DNA of 64,000 bases from Clostridium pasteurianum DSM 525 = ATCC 6013 (GCF_000807255.1 NZ_CP009268.1:400384-464383); one strand, 5' to 3'. Shown: positions 1 through 10,413, numbered from the stretch's first letter. Notes: a model not told the origin generated them from the letters alone. Program-made: numbers and translations.

Positions 1-1
1 A

Positions 2-1000
2 GGATTGCCAGCAGCAGCTTCTTTCAAGCATGTAAGTCCAGCTGGTGCAGCAGTGGGGGTGCCTCTTAGTGATGAATTAAAAAAGGCATATTTTGTTGAG
101 GATATAGAACTATCACCTGTGGCTTGCGCTTATGCGAGAGCTAGAGGTGCAGACAGAGTTTCTTCCTATGGTGATTGGGCTGCTATAAGTGATATTGTAG
201 ATTTACCTACTGCAATAATTTTAAGTAAATCTGTTTCAGATGGAATAATTGCTCCTGGTTATACAGATGAAGCTTTAGATCTTTTAAAGAAAAAGAAAAA
301 GGGAAAATACTGTGTAATTAAGATGGATTCTGACTATGAGCCAAATATTATAGAAAGAAGACAGATATATGGCATGACCTTTGAACAGAAGAGAAATAAT
401 ATTAATATAAAAGAGGAAATGCTTGAAAATATAGTGACTAACAATAAAAATATTACAGATGAAGCCAAAAGAGATTTGCTTATTTCTATGATAACATTAA
501 AATATACTCAGTCTAATTCTGTTTGTTTTGCCTTAAATGGTCAAACTATTGGGGTTGGAGCTGGTCAGCAGTCAAGAATACATTGTACAAGACTTGCTTC
601 ATCAAAAGCGGATCTTTGGTATTTAAGACAGCATCCTGTTGTATTAAATTTACCTTTTAAAGAAGGTGTTTCAAGGGCAGAAAGAGATAATGTGATTGAT
701 CAATTTTTAAGAGATGACGTTACTACTATGGAGACTAAAGGCTGGAAGGATATACTTAAAGAGATTCCAGAAAGACTGACTAAGGAAGAAAAAACAGAGT
801 GGCTTTCTAGCCTAAAAGAAGTTGCTTTGGGATCAGATGCATTTTTCCCTTTTAGTGATAATATAGACAGAGCTTCACAAAGTGGAGTTAAATATATTGT
901 TCAGCCAGGTGGTTCCATAAGGGATGATATAGTTATAGAAGCATGTAATGAGTATGATATGGTGATGGCTTTTTCAAAGGTTAGATTATTTCATCATTAA
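2..1000 (+). CDS. purH: C-terminal portion (5'-truncated by the window edge) of PurH-like AICAR formyltransferase domain protein
   Basis: Motifs FKHVSPAGAAVG and GVKYIVQPGGSIRDD...RLFHH match the PurH AICARFT domain and its characteristic RHFRH-type C-terminus. Confidence 0.6.
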   Translation, partial: GLPAAASFKHVSPAGAAVGVPLSDELKKAYFVEDIELSPVACAYARARGADRVSSYGDWAAISDIVDLPTAIILSKSVSDGIIAPGYTDEALDLLKKKKKGKYCVIKMDSDYEPNIIERRQIYGMTFEQKRNNINIKEEMLENIVTNNKNITDEAKRDLLISMITLKYTQSNSVCFALNGQTIGVGAGQQSRIHCTRLASSKADLWYLRQHPVVLNLPFKEGVSRAERDNVIDQFLRDDVTTMETKGWKDILKEIPERLTKEEKTEWLSSLKEVALGSDAFFPFSDNIDRASQSGVKYIVQPGGSIRDDIVIEACNEYDMVMAFSKVRLFHH

Positions 1001-1020
1001 GATGTATTTTTTATTTTTAA

Positions 1021-1075
1021 TATCTAATAATCATATACCCTATAACTTAAGTTATAGGGTATATGATTATTATCT
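1021..1075 (+). terminator. Rho-independent terminator (20-bp perfect stem, TTAA loop)
   Basis: Sequence ataatcatataccctataac-ttaa-gttatagggtatatgattat is followed by a T-rich tail, directly after the purH-like stop codon. Confidence 0.6.
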
Positions 1076-1105
1076 TAAAATTTCTCAATTCAAAAGGAGA
1101 AGAGC

Positions 1106-1927
1106 ATGAATATAAATAAAAAAATAGTATATATTATTGCATTTGTACTAATGGGAGTTTGGGTAGGAAATATTATTTATTATGAAAAGCACGTCATTAA
1201 TGAACATTTGTTTATAAAACATTATTATGATGTATCAGAATCTATGGATAGTTTACGTTTATACTATGTTGAAAGTATAAATTCAAAGGATAATGTAACC
1301 AGTGTTATGTTTCCTGAAATAGGTCAAGAGTATGAAAATTTTATTGAGACTGATATCGGAAGCAGTAATAGTCCTTATTATAAATTAAAGACTATTACAG
1401 TAAATTTATATAGTGGTGGAATAAATACATTACCTGATAAATATAAAAATAAACTTATAACAACAGCTGAGGTCAGATTTTCAAGTGGTAAAATAATGAA
1501 TGTAAATGTAGGTAGACTATATTTTCACAGCTATGCAAATAAAAATTCAGATTTGAAACTTGAGAGACAATCATCAAGCAGTGATAATAATGGTGGTACT
1601 ACTCTATATACTGATAAGGATATTTATGTTACAAGTATAAGTAATAGATTTTATAATGAAATAAAGGACATTTTAAGAGTAAGTATTGATGGAAAACCTC
1701 TTTCCGATGTCAAATTTCCAATAAAATTAAAAGCAGGACAAACTATTGATATGACTTATCAATTTAAATTCAGTAATAAAAAAGATACAAGATTAAATAA
1801 TGCATATAATCTAGTCTTTGATATTTCAACGGAAGATCTTCAGGGGAATAGAGGAATTAGCAATTGCTATATAGATTTCTATCCGAATTCTGTAGACAAT
1901 ATAAATGTTGATATTTTGAAAAGATAA
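1106..1927 (+). CDS. Hypothetical membrane-anchored or secreted protein
   Basis: ORF with an RBS (AAAGGAGAAGAG) and an N-terminal hydrophobic helix; no recognisable catalytic motifs. Confidence 0.5.
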   Translation: MNINKKIVYIIAFVLMGVWVGNIIYYEKHVINEHLFIKHYYDVSESMDSLRLYYVESINSKDNVTSVMFPEIGQEYENFIETDIGSSNSPYYKLKTITVNLYSGGINTLPDKYKNKLITTAEVRFSSGKIMNVNVGRLYFHSYANKNSDLKLERQSSSSDNNGGTTLYTDKDIYVTSISNRFYNEIKDILRVSIDGKPLSDVKFPIKLKAGQTIDMTYQFKFSNKKDTRLNNAYNLVFDISTEDLQGNRGISNCYIDFYPNSVDNINVDILKR

Positions 1928-1943
1928 AAGGAGATGAAACAGT

Positions 1944-2504
1944 ATGTATGCTTCAGCTTATAACAAATTGTTTTGGGGAATGATAATACTTATTTTTCAT
2001 ATAAATTTAGGACCTATAAGTATATTGCCTAATTTTGTTGGATATATGCTTATTTATTCAGGATTAAATACTTTGTCATCACAAAATGAAATTTATAAGA
2101 GAGGAAAATTGCCAGCAGCTATACTTGTAGTACTTTCTTTAAAAGATATATGGAATAATAAGAACAGTAATGTTTTCACAGGGAATTTTTATAATATAAA
2201 TGTATTTATGATGATAATTGGGGGTATAGCAGTTATAATTGATATATATCTTATATATATAATATGCAGTGGTATATATGATTCTTCAAGAGAAAGAAAT
2301 TTAGAGTCACTTATGATAAATTCAGAGGATGCATGGAAATTTTATTTGGGTATTTCTTTAATATTTTTATTGTGCTTACCTTTTTCTATGAATTTACCTG
2401 TAAACTATAATATGGCTATAATTATTATTTCCATAATAAAAGGAATAGCAGCTATTTGCATTATAGTTATCCTAAGAAAGTGCAGGATGTATCTTGGTAC
2501 ATAG
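1944..2504 (+). CDS. Hypothetical polytopic membrane protein
   Basis: Multiple hydrophobic segments; RBS AAGGAGATG upstream. Confidence 0.45.
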   Translation: MYASAYNKLFWGMIILIFHINLGPISILPNFVGYMLIYSGLNTLSSQNEIYKRGKLPAAILVVLSLKDIWNNKNSNVFTGNFYNINVFMMIIGGIAVIIDIYLIYIICSGIYDSSRERNLESLMINSEDAWKFYLGISLIFLLCLPFSMNLPVNYNMAIIIISIIKGIAAICIIVILRKCRMYLGT

Positions 2505-2755
2505 GATATATGTATATTTATCACATTGTGCAATAAAGCTACAGCATGAAGCAATGAAACTATCAAAAAGAAAAAAATCAAAAGAAGAGAAAGAAAAAGA
2601 AGAAAAGAGAAAATTTTTATTAAGGCAAAAGAAAAAATTAATGAGGCATAAGGGACACTAATTGAATAATATGTGTACTTTTCAGCTATCCTGTTGGAAG
2701 TTTAAAGCGTTAATGTTATAATAAACTAAAATATTTAAAGAAGGGTGAGTATGCA

Positions 2756-3001
2756 TTGGATTCTAACTTAATGAGTATGATTCAATTTATGTTTTTTATA
2801 ATATGTTTTACTGGCATATTCTCCTATGTAGTATACAATTATAATAAGTTTAAACATAAATTTCAGAAAAGTATTATAAAGAAAATTTTACTTCAATGGA
2901 TTGATTTTGCAAAAACACTGCCACCTGAACAGTATATTATTTATCAAAAATATGGAATATGGCGATACGTGGAACGATTAAAAATGAAAATGATGTTTTA
3001 G
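2756..3001 (+). CDS. Small hypothetical membrane protein
   Basis: 81-aa ORF with one transmembrane segment. Confidence 0.3.
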   Translation: MDSNLMSMIQFMFFIICFTGIFSYVVYNYNKFKHKFQKSIIKKILLQWIDFAKTLPPEQYIIYQKYGIWRYVERLKMKMMF

Positions 3002-3034
3002 AGATAAATATTATAATTTCTAAGGAGAGATATA

Positions 3035-3676
3035 ATGAACATCATTTTTAATTTTTTAAGTAACCTATTAAGTAATATTTTCAATTTTACTGGAGATTGG
3101 GGATTAGCCATTGTTTTATTGACAGTGGTAGTGAGAATAGTACTTTCACCAATGTCTTTTAAGCAAAAGAAGTCTATGTATCAGCAGCAAAAGCTAAGTA
3201 TAAAAATGAAGGAAATTAATGAGAAGTATAAAAACGATAAAGTTAAGCTTGAAGAGGAACAGAAAAAGCATGCTGCGGAGAGTGCAAAAAGTATGTTTGG
3301 ATGTTTAGTTACATTTTTGCAGTTACCTATATTAATGACAATGTGGACTGTAATCAACAAACTACCTGTAAGTGCTGGAACTATGCTTATACCTTGGGTA
3401 TCTAGTATCAAATTATCTGATAGCTATTTTATTGTACCTCTGATATATATCCTTGCATCTTTAACTCCTAGTTTACTTTCCTATATAAGTTTTTTCAAAA
3501 TTGAAGGTCAGGCCAAGATAACCAAAGGAAATATTATAATAATGGCAGTGTTTGGGTTGATCGTTGCCAAAGCAGCGCCTATTGCAGTGGGAATATATCT
3601 TATAACCACCAGCTTATTTAATTTTATCGAAGAACTTGCATTTAGATTATATATGAGAAAAGTTAAAACTGTATAA
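3035..3676 (+). CDS. yidC: YidC/Oxa1-family membrane protein insertase (short SpoIIIJ/YqjG-type)
   Basis: GDWGLAIVLLTVVVRIVLSPM matches the conserved first-transmembrane motif of YidC; about 210 aa with 5 transmembrane segments. Confidence 0.6.
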   Translation: MNIIFNFLSNLLSNIFNFTGDWGLAIVLLTVVVRIVLSPMSFKQKKSMYQQQKLSIKMKEINEKYKNDKVKLEEEQKKHAAESAKSMFGCLVTFLQLPILMTMWTVINKLPVSAGTMLIPWVSSIKLSDSYFIVPLIYILASLTPSLLSYISFFKIEGQAKITKGNIIIMAVFGLIVAKAAPIAVGIYLITTSLFNFIEELAFRLYMRKVKTV

Positions 3677-3687
3677 TAAAAAATTAT

Positions 3688-3732
3688 GGAATCATGGCAC
3701 TAGTTTTTCTGTCATGATTCTTTTGTCATAGA
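3688..3732. terminator. Bidirectional hairpin terminator between convergent yidC and tetR
   Basis: Hairpin gaatcatg...catgattc with T-runs on both sides. Confidence 0.4.
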
Positions 3733-3778
3733 TTTTGATAGATAATAAAAGTAAAATATTTTAGTATTTGACTAAAAT

Positions 3779-4357
3779 TCATAAATTGAAAACTCCATTA
3801 AAGGATAACTTAGTTATAATTTCAGCAATTTTTTCAGGAGGCTCTTTCATTCCACAATTAAACCATTCAGAGATAATACCTAAATGAGCATAATAGAGAT
3901 ATGAAGACAAATATTCTCTAGATATAGGTAATTTATCTTTACCAGTTATCTTACAATAAAAGTTAAAGATATTATTCCCAAGATTGTTTTTTATCCATTC
4001 TTGAAGTTCTGAATTTCTATTTTCATCTAAAAGTGATTTTGCCAGCTTGTAATTATCTCTATAATAGCAAATGATTTTAGTAAAAAAATATTTAAAGTCC
4101 TCTTCACTAGGAGCATTTTCAAGTTTGTTCATATCATAAGATATCAGTTTTAATTCATTTAAAGCTGTATTTTCACAATGGGATAACAAATCATATTTAT
4201 CTTCATAATGAATATAAAAGGCTCCTCTGCTTATACCTGCATCCTTAGTTATATCTTTAACTGTTACTCTATCAAATCCCTTTTCATATACTAAATCGTA
4301 AAAAACCTTTAGAATCAATTCTTCTGTTTGAATATATCTTTTATCATTTTTATTCAT
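3779..4357 (-). CDS. TetR/AcrR family transcriptional regulator
   Basis: N-terminal HTH VTVKDITKDAGISRGAFYIHYEDKYDLL; divergent from the MFS efflux gene. Confidence 0.75.
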   Translation of the reverse strand: MNKNDKRYIQTEELILKVFYDLVYEKGFDRVTVKDITKDAGISRGAFYIHYEDKYDLLSHCENTALNELKLISYDMNKLENAPSEEDFKYFFTKIICYYRDNYKLAKSLLDENRNSELQEWIKNNLGNNIFNFYCKITGKDKLPISREYLSSYLYYAHLGIISEWFNCGMKEPPEKIAEIITKLSFNGVFNL

Positions 4358-4410
4358 GTTATCCTCCTGCTGAAAATCTTTAACTTTAATTCTGCAAATA
4401 ATCTAGTAAA

Positions 4411-4427
4411 GTATTCACAATACTTAA
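4411..4427. promoter_or_regulatory. Candidate TetR operator palindrome AAGTATT-CAC-AATACTT in the tetR/MFS divergent intergenic region
   Basis: Perfect 7-bp inverted repeat; an extra half-site AATACTT lies near 4472. Confidence 0.35.
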
Positions 4428-4614
4428 TTTTATTTATAAAAAAATTTTTACAAGTATGTCTAGTTATATGAATACTTAAGAAGATTATTTGATAAATATG
4501 GGTTTGATTAATGTACACTTTTGAGTTTTTTGTATATTGTTTATATATTCCTCTCTAAATTATAATGAACATAGTGTCAATTATCAATAGAGAAAAGTTA
4601 TCAGGAGGAATATT

Positions 4615-6249
4615 ATGAAGAAAAATAAAGTTATTTTAGGATTTACAGCTTTAATTATTGGTTGTTTTTTAAGTATTCTAGATAGTACTATAGTAAATAT
4701 AGCATTGCCAGATATAGCTAATTATTTTAATGAAAGTATCAATAATATAAGCTGGATTACTACTGGGTATCTACTTTCATTTTCTGTATTTCTTATTATA
4801 GGTTCTAAAATTGCAGATCAGTTTGGGAGAAAAAAAGTTTTTATAATTGGACTCATAGTTTTTGGAGGAGCTTCGGGTTTATGTGGATTTTCAAATTCAA
4901 TTCTATTTTTAATCATTATGAGATTTATTCAAGGTATTGGAGCTGCAATTCTTACTCCTGTAATAATACCACTGGGACTTGAGATTTTTGGAAAGGAAAA
5001 GAGAGGTTTTATAATAGGAGTTTCAGGAGCTATTTCAGCCTTAGCTGCAGCGTCAGGTCCACCACTTGGAGGAATAATGCTTGAATATTTAAATTGGAAA
5101 ACTATATTTTATGTAAATGTTCCTTTGTGTATGATAGCTGTATTTTTAGGCATAGTATTTCTAGATGAATCTTTTGACAATACAGTTTCAAAGAAAATAG
5201 ACATAGCAGGTATTATTTTATTAACTTTAAGTTTATTTTGTCTAACCTTTGCACTACTTAAAGGTGGAGATTATGGATGGAATTCTTCTACTATAGTAAC
5301 TCTTTTTATTACTTTTATTATATCAATGATTGTATTCTTAATTATTGAAAGTAGAATTTCTGAGCCCATGCTTCCATTAAATTTATTTAAAGAGAGTACC
5401 TTTACTAATTCATGCATTTGTTATACCATGGTGGGATTTGGCATAGCTGCACCTTTGCTTATATTGAATTTTTATTTGGAAAAGATATTGATGTATTCAG
5501 CATTAAAGTCTGGATTAATACTCATGACCCTTTCTTTAAGTGGAGTTGTAAGTGTTCCATTGGGGAGCTTTTTATCTTCAAAAATAGGATCACGAGTAAT
5601 AAATTTTTTAGGAATTATTTTTATGGCAATTGCAACTGTTGGTCTTTCATATATAGATAATAATACTGCAATTTTAAATATAAGACTGGTACTTGTTATT
5701 TTTGGATTTGGACTTGGATTTTCTGCTCAATCCATATCGTCAGCAATAAAATATTTACCTTTAGAAAAGAGTGGTATGGCTTCTGGGATAATTAATGCAG
5801 GGAGACAAATTGGTACGTGTATTGGAGTGGCAATACTTGTAAGTATATTAAATACTAATGTAAGTAATGCAATTGTTAATATTAAAACTAATGTGAAACA
5901 TGAAATAAATATGGATAAAACTTTGAATTCTGATATTAAAGAAAATATGGTGATAGAAGTAGATAATATAAAAAGTGATTCCAATTCTTTTTCAAAAGAA
6001 GATATAGAAAAAAACATTGATGAAGAAGGTAAAAAGGTACTTGCAAAAACTCCACAGGAAAAAAGGGTATTTGTACTAAGTAACTTAGAGCAGCAAAAGA
6101 GTAAGGTATTAAATATAATTGATTATAGTCAGGATATAAAAAATAAAGAAATTAGCAAAGCTTTTAATAATACATTTAGAGTATCCTATATTATACTATT
6201 TGTGTTTTCTATATTTGGATTGTTTACAGATAAAAAGATAAGGGAATAG
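4615..6249 (+). CDS. MFS transporter, DHA2 (EmrB/QacA-like) drug:H+ antiporter with a long low-complexity loop before the last transmembrane segment
   Basis: 14-transmembrane pattern; the GxxSDxxGRK-like motif (ADQFGRKK); the adjacent TetR is the typical partner. Confidence 0.75.
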   Translation: MKKNKVILGFTALIIGCFLSILDSTIVNIALPDIANYFNESINNISWITTGYLLSFSVFLIIGSKIADQFGRKKVFIIGLIVFGGASGLCGFSNSILFLIIMRFIQGIGAAILTPVIIPLGLEIFGKEKRGFIIGVSGAISALAAASGPPLGGIMLEYLNWKTIFYVNVPLCMIAVFLGIVFLDESFDNTVSKKIDIAGIILLTLSLFCLTFALLKGGDYGWNSSTIVTLFITFIISMIVFLIIESRISEPMLPLNLFKESTFTNSCICYTMVGFGIAAPLLILNFYLEKILMYSALKSGLILMTLSLSGVVSVPLGSFLSSKIGSRVINFLGIIFMAIATVGLSYIDNNTAILNIRLVLVIFGFGLGFSAQSISSAIKYLPLEKSGMASGIINAGRQIGTCIGVAILVSILNTNVSNAIVNIKTNVKHEINMDKTLNSDIKENMVIEVDNIKSDSNSFSKEDIEKNIDEEGKKVLAKTPQEKRVFVLSNLEQQKSKVLNIIDYSQDIKNKEISKAFNNTFRVSYIILFVFSIFGLFTDKKIRE

Positions 6250-6254
6250 GAATT

Positions 6255-6300
6255 GATTTATAGAATCATGACATAAAAATTAATGTCATGATTTTTTGTG
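6255..6300 (+). terminator. Rho-independent terminator
   Basis: aatcatgaca-taaaaattaa-tgtcatgatt followed by TTTTTTGTG. Confidence 0.6.
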
Positions 6301-6512
6301 TTTACAATATACATGATTTCATTATAGTATATATATATAAATTTTATATCATAACTATCTGCTGTAGTAATCAATACTTCTACAGATAGAGATAACAGCC
6401 ATATCTAAATTTAACAAGGCGTATAAACGATGTTAAGTGGGTTTTGTTAATATTGCTTATGCAGTTAATTAGTAGATATTTTATTTAAAATATGAGGAGG
6501 TAATGTTTTTTA

Positions 6513-7106
6513 ATGACAGAAAAAGAAAAAATGCTAAATGGGGAATTGTATGAAGCCTGCGGAGAAGAACTGGTAAGTGAACATCAACACGCAAAGGAAG
6601 TTATGTTTGATTATAACAATTTACGACCAAAGGAAATTGAAAAAAAGAGTGAGATTATAAGAAATCTATTTGGCAATACTGGTGATAAATTCTTTATAGA
6701 AGCTCCTTTTAGATGTGATTATGGACGTAATATATATATTGGTGAGAATTTTTACAGTAACTACAATTGTACTATTTTAGATTGTGCTAAGGTTACTATT
6801 GGAGATAATGTTTTATTTGCTCCTAATGTAAGTCTTTTTACAGCAGGGCATCCTATAGATTTTGAATGCCGAAATAAAGGCCTTGAGTATGCTTTTCCTA
6901 TTAAAATAGGGAATAACGTATGGGTAGGTGGTGGAGTTATTATAAATCCAGATGTTACAATTGGTGATAATGTAGTAATTGGTTCTGGCAGTGTAGTAAC
7001 AAAGGATATTCCTTCTAATTGCATAGCAGTGGGAAATCCCTGTAAGGTAATACGAGAAATTAATGAGGATGATAAAAAGTATTATTTTAAAAAACTTGAA
7101 GTGTAA
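6513..7106 (+). CDS. maa: Maltose/galactoside O-acetyltransferase (hexapeptide-repeat, Maa/LacA family)
   Basis: N-terminus MTEKEKMLNGELY and left-handed beta-helix hexapeptide repeats (IGDNVxIG). Confidence 0.75.
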   Translation: MTEKEKMLNGELYEACGEELVSEHQHAKEVMFDYNNLRPKEIEKKSEIIRNLFGNTGDKFFIEAPFRCDYGRNIYIGENFYSNYNCTILDCAKVTIGDNVLFAPNVSLFTAGHPIDFECRNKGLEYAFPIKIGNNVWVGGGVIINPDVTIGDNVVIGSGSVVTKDIPSNCIAVGNPCKVIREINEDDKKYYFKKLEV

Positions 7107-7365
7107 TAATGAACATAGAAAAATAGTTTCGATTGGTATTCCCAACTTATGTTATATATGGCGGTAAATTACTGACATGATTTTTTTATAAAATTTAAAT
7201 AACAATTTAACTATAATGGTATTCCAATTAACTTAAGCATATTTACTATTATAGGGTTGCTATGAAAAAGAATAAAATCAATAGGAAAGCTATGAAATAT
7301 ATAGTATAATACAAATAAAAAGTAATAAATAATTTAAGAGTATATGAAGATATGGGAGTGTTAGT

Positions 7366-7827
7366 ATGAGTGTAGAAAATGTAAGAAAATTTTTTATAGA
7401 CAGAGGAATTGAAGATCCTGTGTTTGAACTGCCGGAAAGTGGAGCAACAGTAGATCTTGCGTCAAAGACCATAGGAGTTGAACCGGAATTTATTGCAAAA
7501 ACTTTGGCTTTTAAGGTAAAGGAAAGAAATGTGCTTATAGTTACTAGAGGAGATGCTAAAGTAGATAATAAAAAATTTAAAAAGTATTTTAATACGAAAG
7601 CAAAAATGATTAAATCTGATGAAGTAGAAGATTTAACAGGGCACCCAGTAGGAGGAGTTTGCCCTTTTGGCGTTAAGGAAAATGTAGAGATATTTCTTGA
7701 TGAGTCCATAAGGGATTTTAAGTATGTTTATCCAGCAGCAGGCTCTAGGACTACAGCTTTAAAGATAGAACCAGATAAAATAGAAGAACTTACTGATGCA
7801 ATTTGGATAGATGTGTGTACATATTAG
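7366..7827 (+). CDS. ybaK: YbaK/EbsC-family aminoacyl-tRNA editing domain protein (Cys-tRNA(Pro) deacylase-like)
   Basis: About 150 aa with the GHPVGGVCPFG motif typical of the YbaK/ProX deacylase domain. Confidence 0.65.
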   Translation: MSVENVRKFFIDRGIEDPVFELPESGATVDLASKTIGVEPEFIAKTLAFKVKERNVLIVTRGDAKVDNKKFKKYFNTKAKMIKSDEVEDLTGHPVGGVCPFGVKENVEIFLDESIRDFKYVYPAAGSRTTALKIEPDKIEELTDAIWIDVCTY

Positions 7828-8061
7828 TTTTTCTTTTTAACCTTAATTGCTATTATGGGAAGTTTTGCTAAAGTATTTTTTCCAACATACATAATACAAA
7901 TTTTAAACATAGCAGTTGGAATTTTGTTGATATATTTTAGTATAAGGATGATTTTCAAAAAATAGTAGGGAATACAGAAATCAATATTAAATGAAAAAAA
8001 CACATTAGTTAAATATATAAAAATAATTCTAAAGAGCTAATAAAGAGAGGGGGGATTTAAA

Positions 8062-10107
8062 TTGGAAAATTCTAAATTCATAAAGAAGCTATTTGAGGAA
8101 GATGGATTTCATAGTTATATACCCAATTCCAAGGATGAAATAAATGAAAATCATGAAAGGATTGTTAGAACTTCAGGCTCTCACAATTGCGGCGGAAGAT
8201 GTGTTATAAAAGCTCATGTTAAAAATGAGCGAATTGTTAGAATTTCTACGGAGGATGATATAAAGGATACAAGGGAAAATCCACAGCTGAGAGGATGTCT
8301 TCGTTGTCGTTCTTATAGAAACCGTATGTATAATCATGATAGACTGAAATATCCCATGAAGAGAATTGGCAAAAGAGGTGAAGGCAAATTTAAGCGTATT
8401 AGCTGGGAAGAAGCTATAGACACCATTGCAGAAAATACTAAGAGAAGCATGAAAGAGTATGGACCTGATTCTATATATCTTCAATATGCTACTGGCAACG
8501 CAGGAAGGTTAGCGGAGAGAAACTGGATGAAAAGACTTATAGGAATGTATGGTGGTTATCTGGACTATTATGGCAGCTACAGTACAGCTTGTACTCAAAT
8601 TGCCACCCCCTATACCTTTGGAACCATCTATACCGGCAGCAGCAGGGATACCTGGCAAAATTCAAAATTGATTATTCTATTAGGGTTTAATCCTGCAGAA
8701 ACAATTCATGGTACTAATACTGCCTATTATTTAAAATTGGCAAAGGAAGCTGGAGCAAAAATTATAAGCATTGATCCAATATATTCAAATACAGCCATAG
8801 GACTTGCGGATAAATGGATACCAATTCGTCCCACTACGGATAGTGCTCTATTGGATGCTATGGCCTATGTTATAATTACAGAAAATCTACAGGATCAAGA
8901 TTTTCTTGATAAATATTGTTTAGGTTTTGATGAAGAGCATATGCCTTCAGGAATTCCAAAGGGAAACTCCTATAAAAGTTATATTTTGGGAGAAGGTGAA
9001 GATAAAATTCCAAAAACCCCAGCTTGGGCAGAAGCCATAACAGGTATACTGAGAGAGACAATTATTGAATTGGCAAGGGAGTATGCTGTAAATAGACCGG
9101 CTGCATTAATTGAAGGCTTTGGACCACAAAGACATGCCTATGGAGAACAATATACCAGAAGTGGTACTGTACTGGCCGCCATAACAGGTAATATAGGAAT
9201 TAATGGGGGATGGGCTTCTGGTACGGGGTATCCTGTCCGTCAGGAGTTTGTTGCATCCATTCCGTATTATAATCCAAATAAATCACAGATATCTGTATAC
9301 AGTTGGCCGGATGCCATTATAAGAGGAAAGGGAATGGGAGCAGATTTAAGTGTAAAGGGTGTAAAAAGGCTGTCTTCAAATATTAAGCTTATGTTTAATT
9401 TAGGTGGAAATACTCTTGTAAATCAGCATTCTGATTCTAATGGTACAGCTAAATTGTTAGAAGATGAAAGTTTAGTGGAATTTATAGTAGTCAGTGATCA
9501 CTTCTTGACTCCAAGTGCTAAATTTGCAGATATACTTTTGCCTGCGGACAATATGATGGAGAGGGAGGATATTGTAACTCCTTGGGGAATTGGAGACTAT
9601 GTAATATATATGAATAAAGCGGTGGACACGATTTTTGAGTGTCATAATGGGTATGATTGGATAAGAGATTTAGCGGATAAGCTTGGTCTTAAAGATGAAT
9701 TTACAGAGGGAAAATCCATAGAGCAGTGGATGGAATATTTGATTGGGGAAACTGCTAAAAGAAATAATGATTTTCCATCAATTAATGAATTTAAGGAAAA
9801 ATCCATATACAGATGGAACTATGATAAGTGCTCCATAGCCTTTGAAGATCAGATTGAAGACTTTGAAAATAATCCTTTTCCAACTCCATCAGGTAAAATA
9901 GAGATTTTTTCAAAGAGATTGTGGGGTATGAATAATCCTTTTGAAATTCCAGCAGTGCCTAAATACATATCGGCTTGGGAAGGACCGGAAGATCCTATAA
10001 AGACAATCTATCCTCTTCAATGTATAGGGCATCACTATAAACGACGTGTGCATTCTACCTTTGATAATACCAGCTGGATGGAAGAGGCAGGAAAACAGGA
10101 AATTTGA
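8062..10107 (+). CDS. Molybdopterin oxidoreductase catalytic subunit, DMSO-reductase family (DmsA-like), ending at an in-frame TGA
   Basis: N-terminal Fe-S motif HNCGGRC; MopB-like domain throughout; no twin-arginine signal; the same frame continues after the TGA at 10105-10107 into the MGD-binding C-terminal domain. Confidence 0.7.
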   Translation: MENSKFIKKLFEEDGFHSYIPNSKDEINENHERIVRTSGSHNCGGRCVIKAHVKNERIVRISTEDDIKDTRENPQLRGCLRCRSYRNRMYNHDRLKYPMKRIGKRGEGKFKRISWEEAIDTIAENTKRSMKEYGPDSIYLQYATGNAGRLAERNWMKRLIGMYGGYLDYYGSYSTACTQIATPYTFGTIYTGSSRDTWQNSKLIILLGFNPAETIHGTNTAYYLKLAKEAGAKIISIDPIYSNTAIGLADKWIPIRPTTDSALLDAMAYVIITENLQDQDFLDKYCLGFDEEHMPSGIPKGNSYKSYILGEGEDKIPKTPAWAEAITGILRETIIELAREYAVNRPAALIEGFGPQRHAYGEQYTRSGTVLAAITGNIGINGGWASGTGYPVRQEFVASIPYYNPNKSQISVYSWPDAIIRGKGMGADLSVKGVKRLSSNIKLMFNLGGNTLVNQHSDSNGTAKLLEDESLVEFIVVSDHFLTPSAKFADILLPADNMMEREDIVTPWGIGDYVIYMNKAVDTIFECHNGYDWIRDLADKLGLKDEFTEGKSIEQWMEYLIGETAKRNNDFPSINEFKEKSIYRWNYDKCSIAFEDQIEDFENNPFPTPSGKIEIFSKRLWGMNNPFEIPAVPKYISAWEGPEDPIKTIYPLQCIGHHYKRRVHSTFDNTSWMEEAGKQEI

Positions 10108-10377
10108 ATTAGCACCGTAGATGCAGAAAAAAGATATATAAAAAATGGAAATGGAGTGAAGGTGTTTAACAGTAGAGGTACAATAATTTTACCTGCAAAG
10201 GTTACACCAAGAATTATGCCGGGAGTTGTATCGGTGCCTCAAGGTGCATGGTGGACTCCTGATAAAGAGGGAATTGACAGGAGAGGATGTATTAATACTC
10301 TTACAAAATATCATCCCACTCCACTGGCTTTTGGAAATCCCTCTCATACTAACTTAGTTGAAGTAGTAAAGGCTTAA
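10108..10377 (+). pseudogene. C-terminal molybdopterin-dinucleotide-binding domain of the same DmsA-like enzyme, separated from it by an in-frame stop
   Basis: VFNSRGTIILPAKVTPRIMPGVVSVPQGAWW matches the DmsA C-terminal MGD-binding barrel; same reading frame as 8062..10107. Confidence 0.6.
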
Positions 10378-10413
10378 CATAATAAACTTAAAACTAGAAG
10401 GTGGTATATAAGT

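Noticed and set aside
7855-7965. 36-aa hydrophobic peptide ORF (MGSFAKVFFPTYIIQILNIAVGILLIYFSIRMIFKK) downstream of ybaK
   Set aside because: No RBS and it sits in a likely 3' UTR; kept only as a note.
10105-10107. Selenocysteine codon in the DmsA-like gene
   Set aside because: The TGA is about 90 aa from the C-terminus, not at the Mo-coordinating Cys/Sec position, and no SECIS-like hairpin is apparent immediately downstream. Nonsense mutation or sequencing error is more parsimonious.
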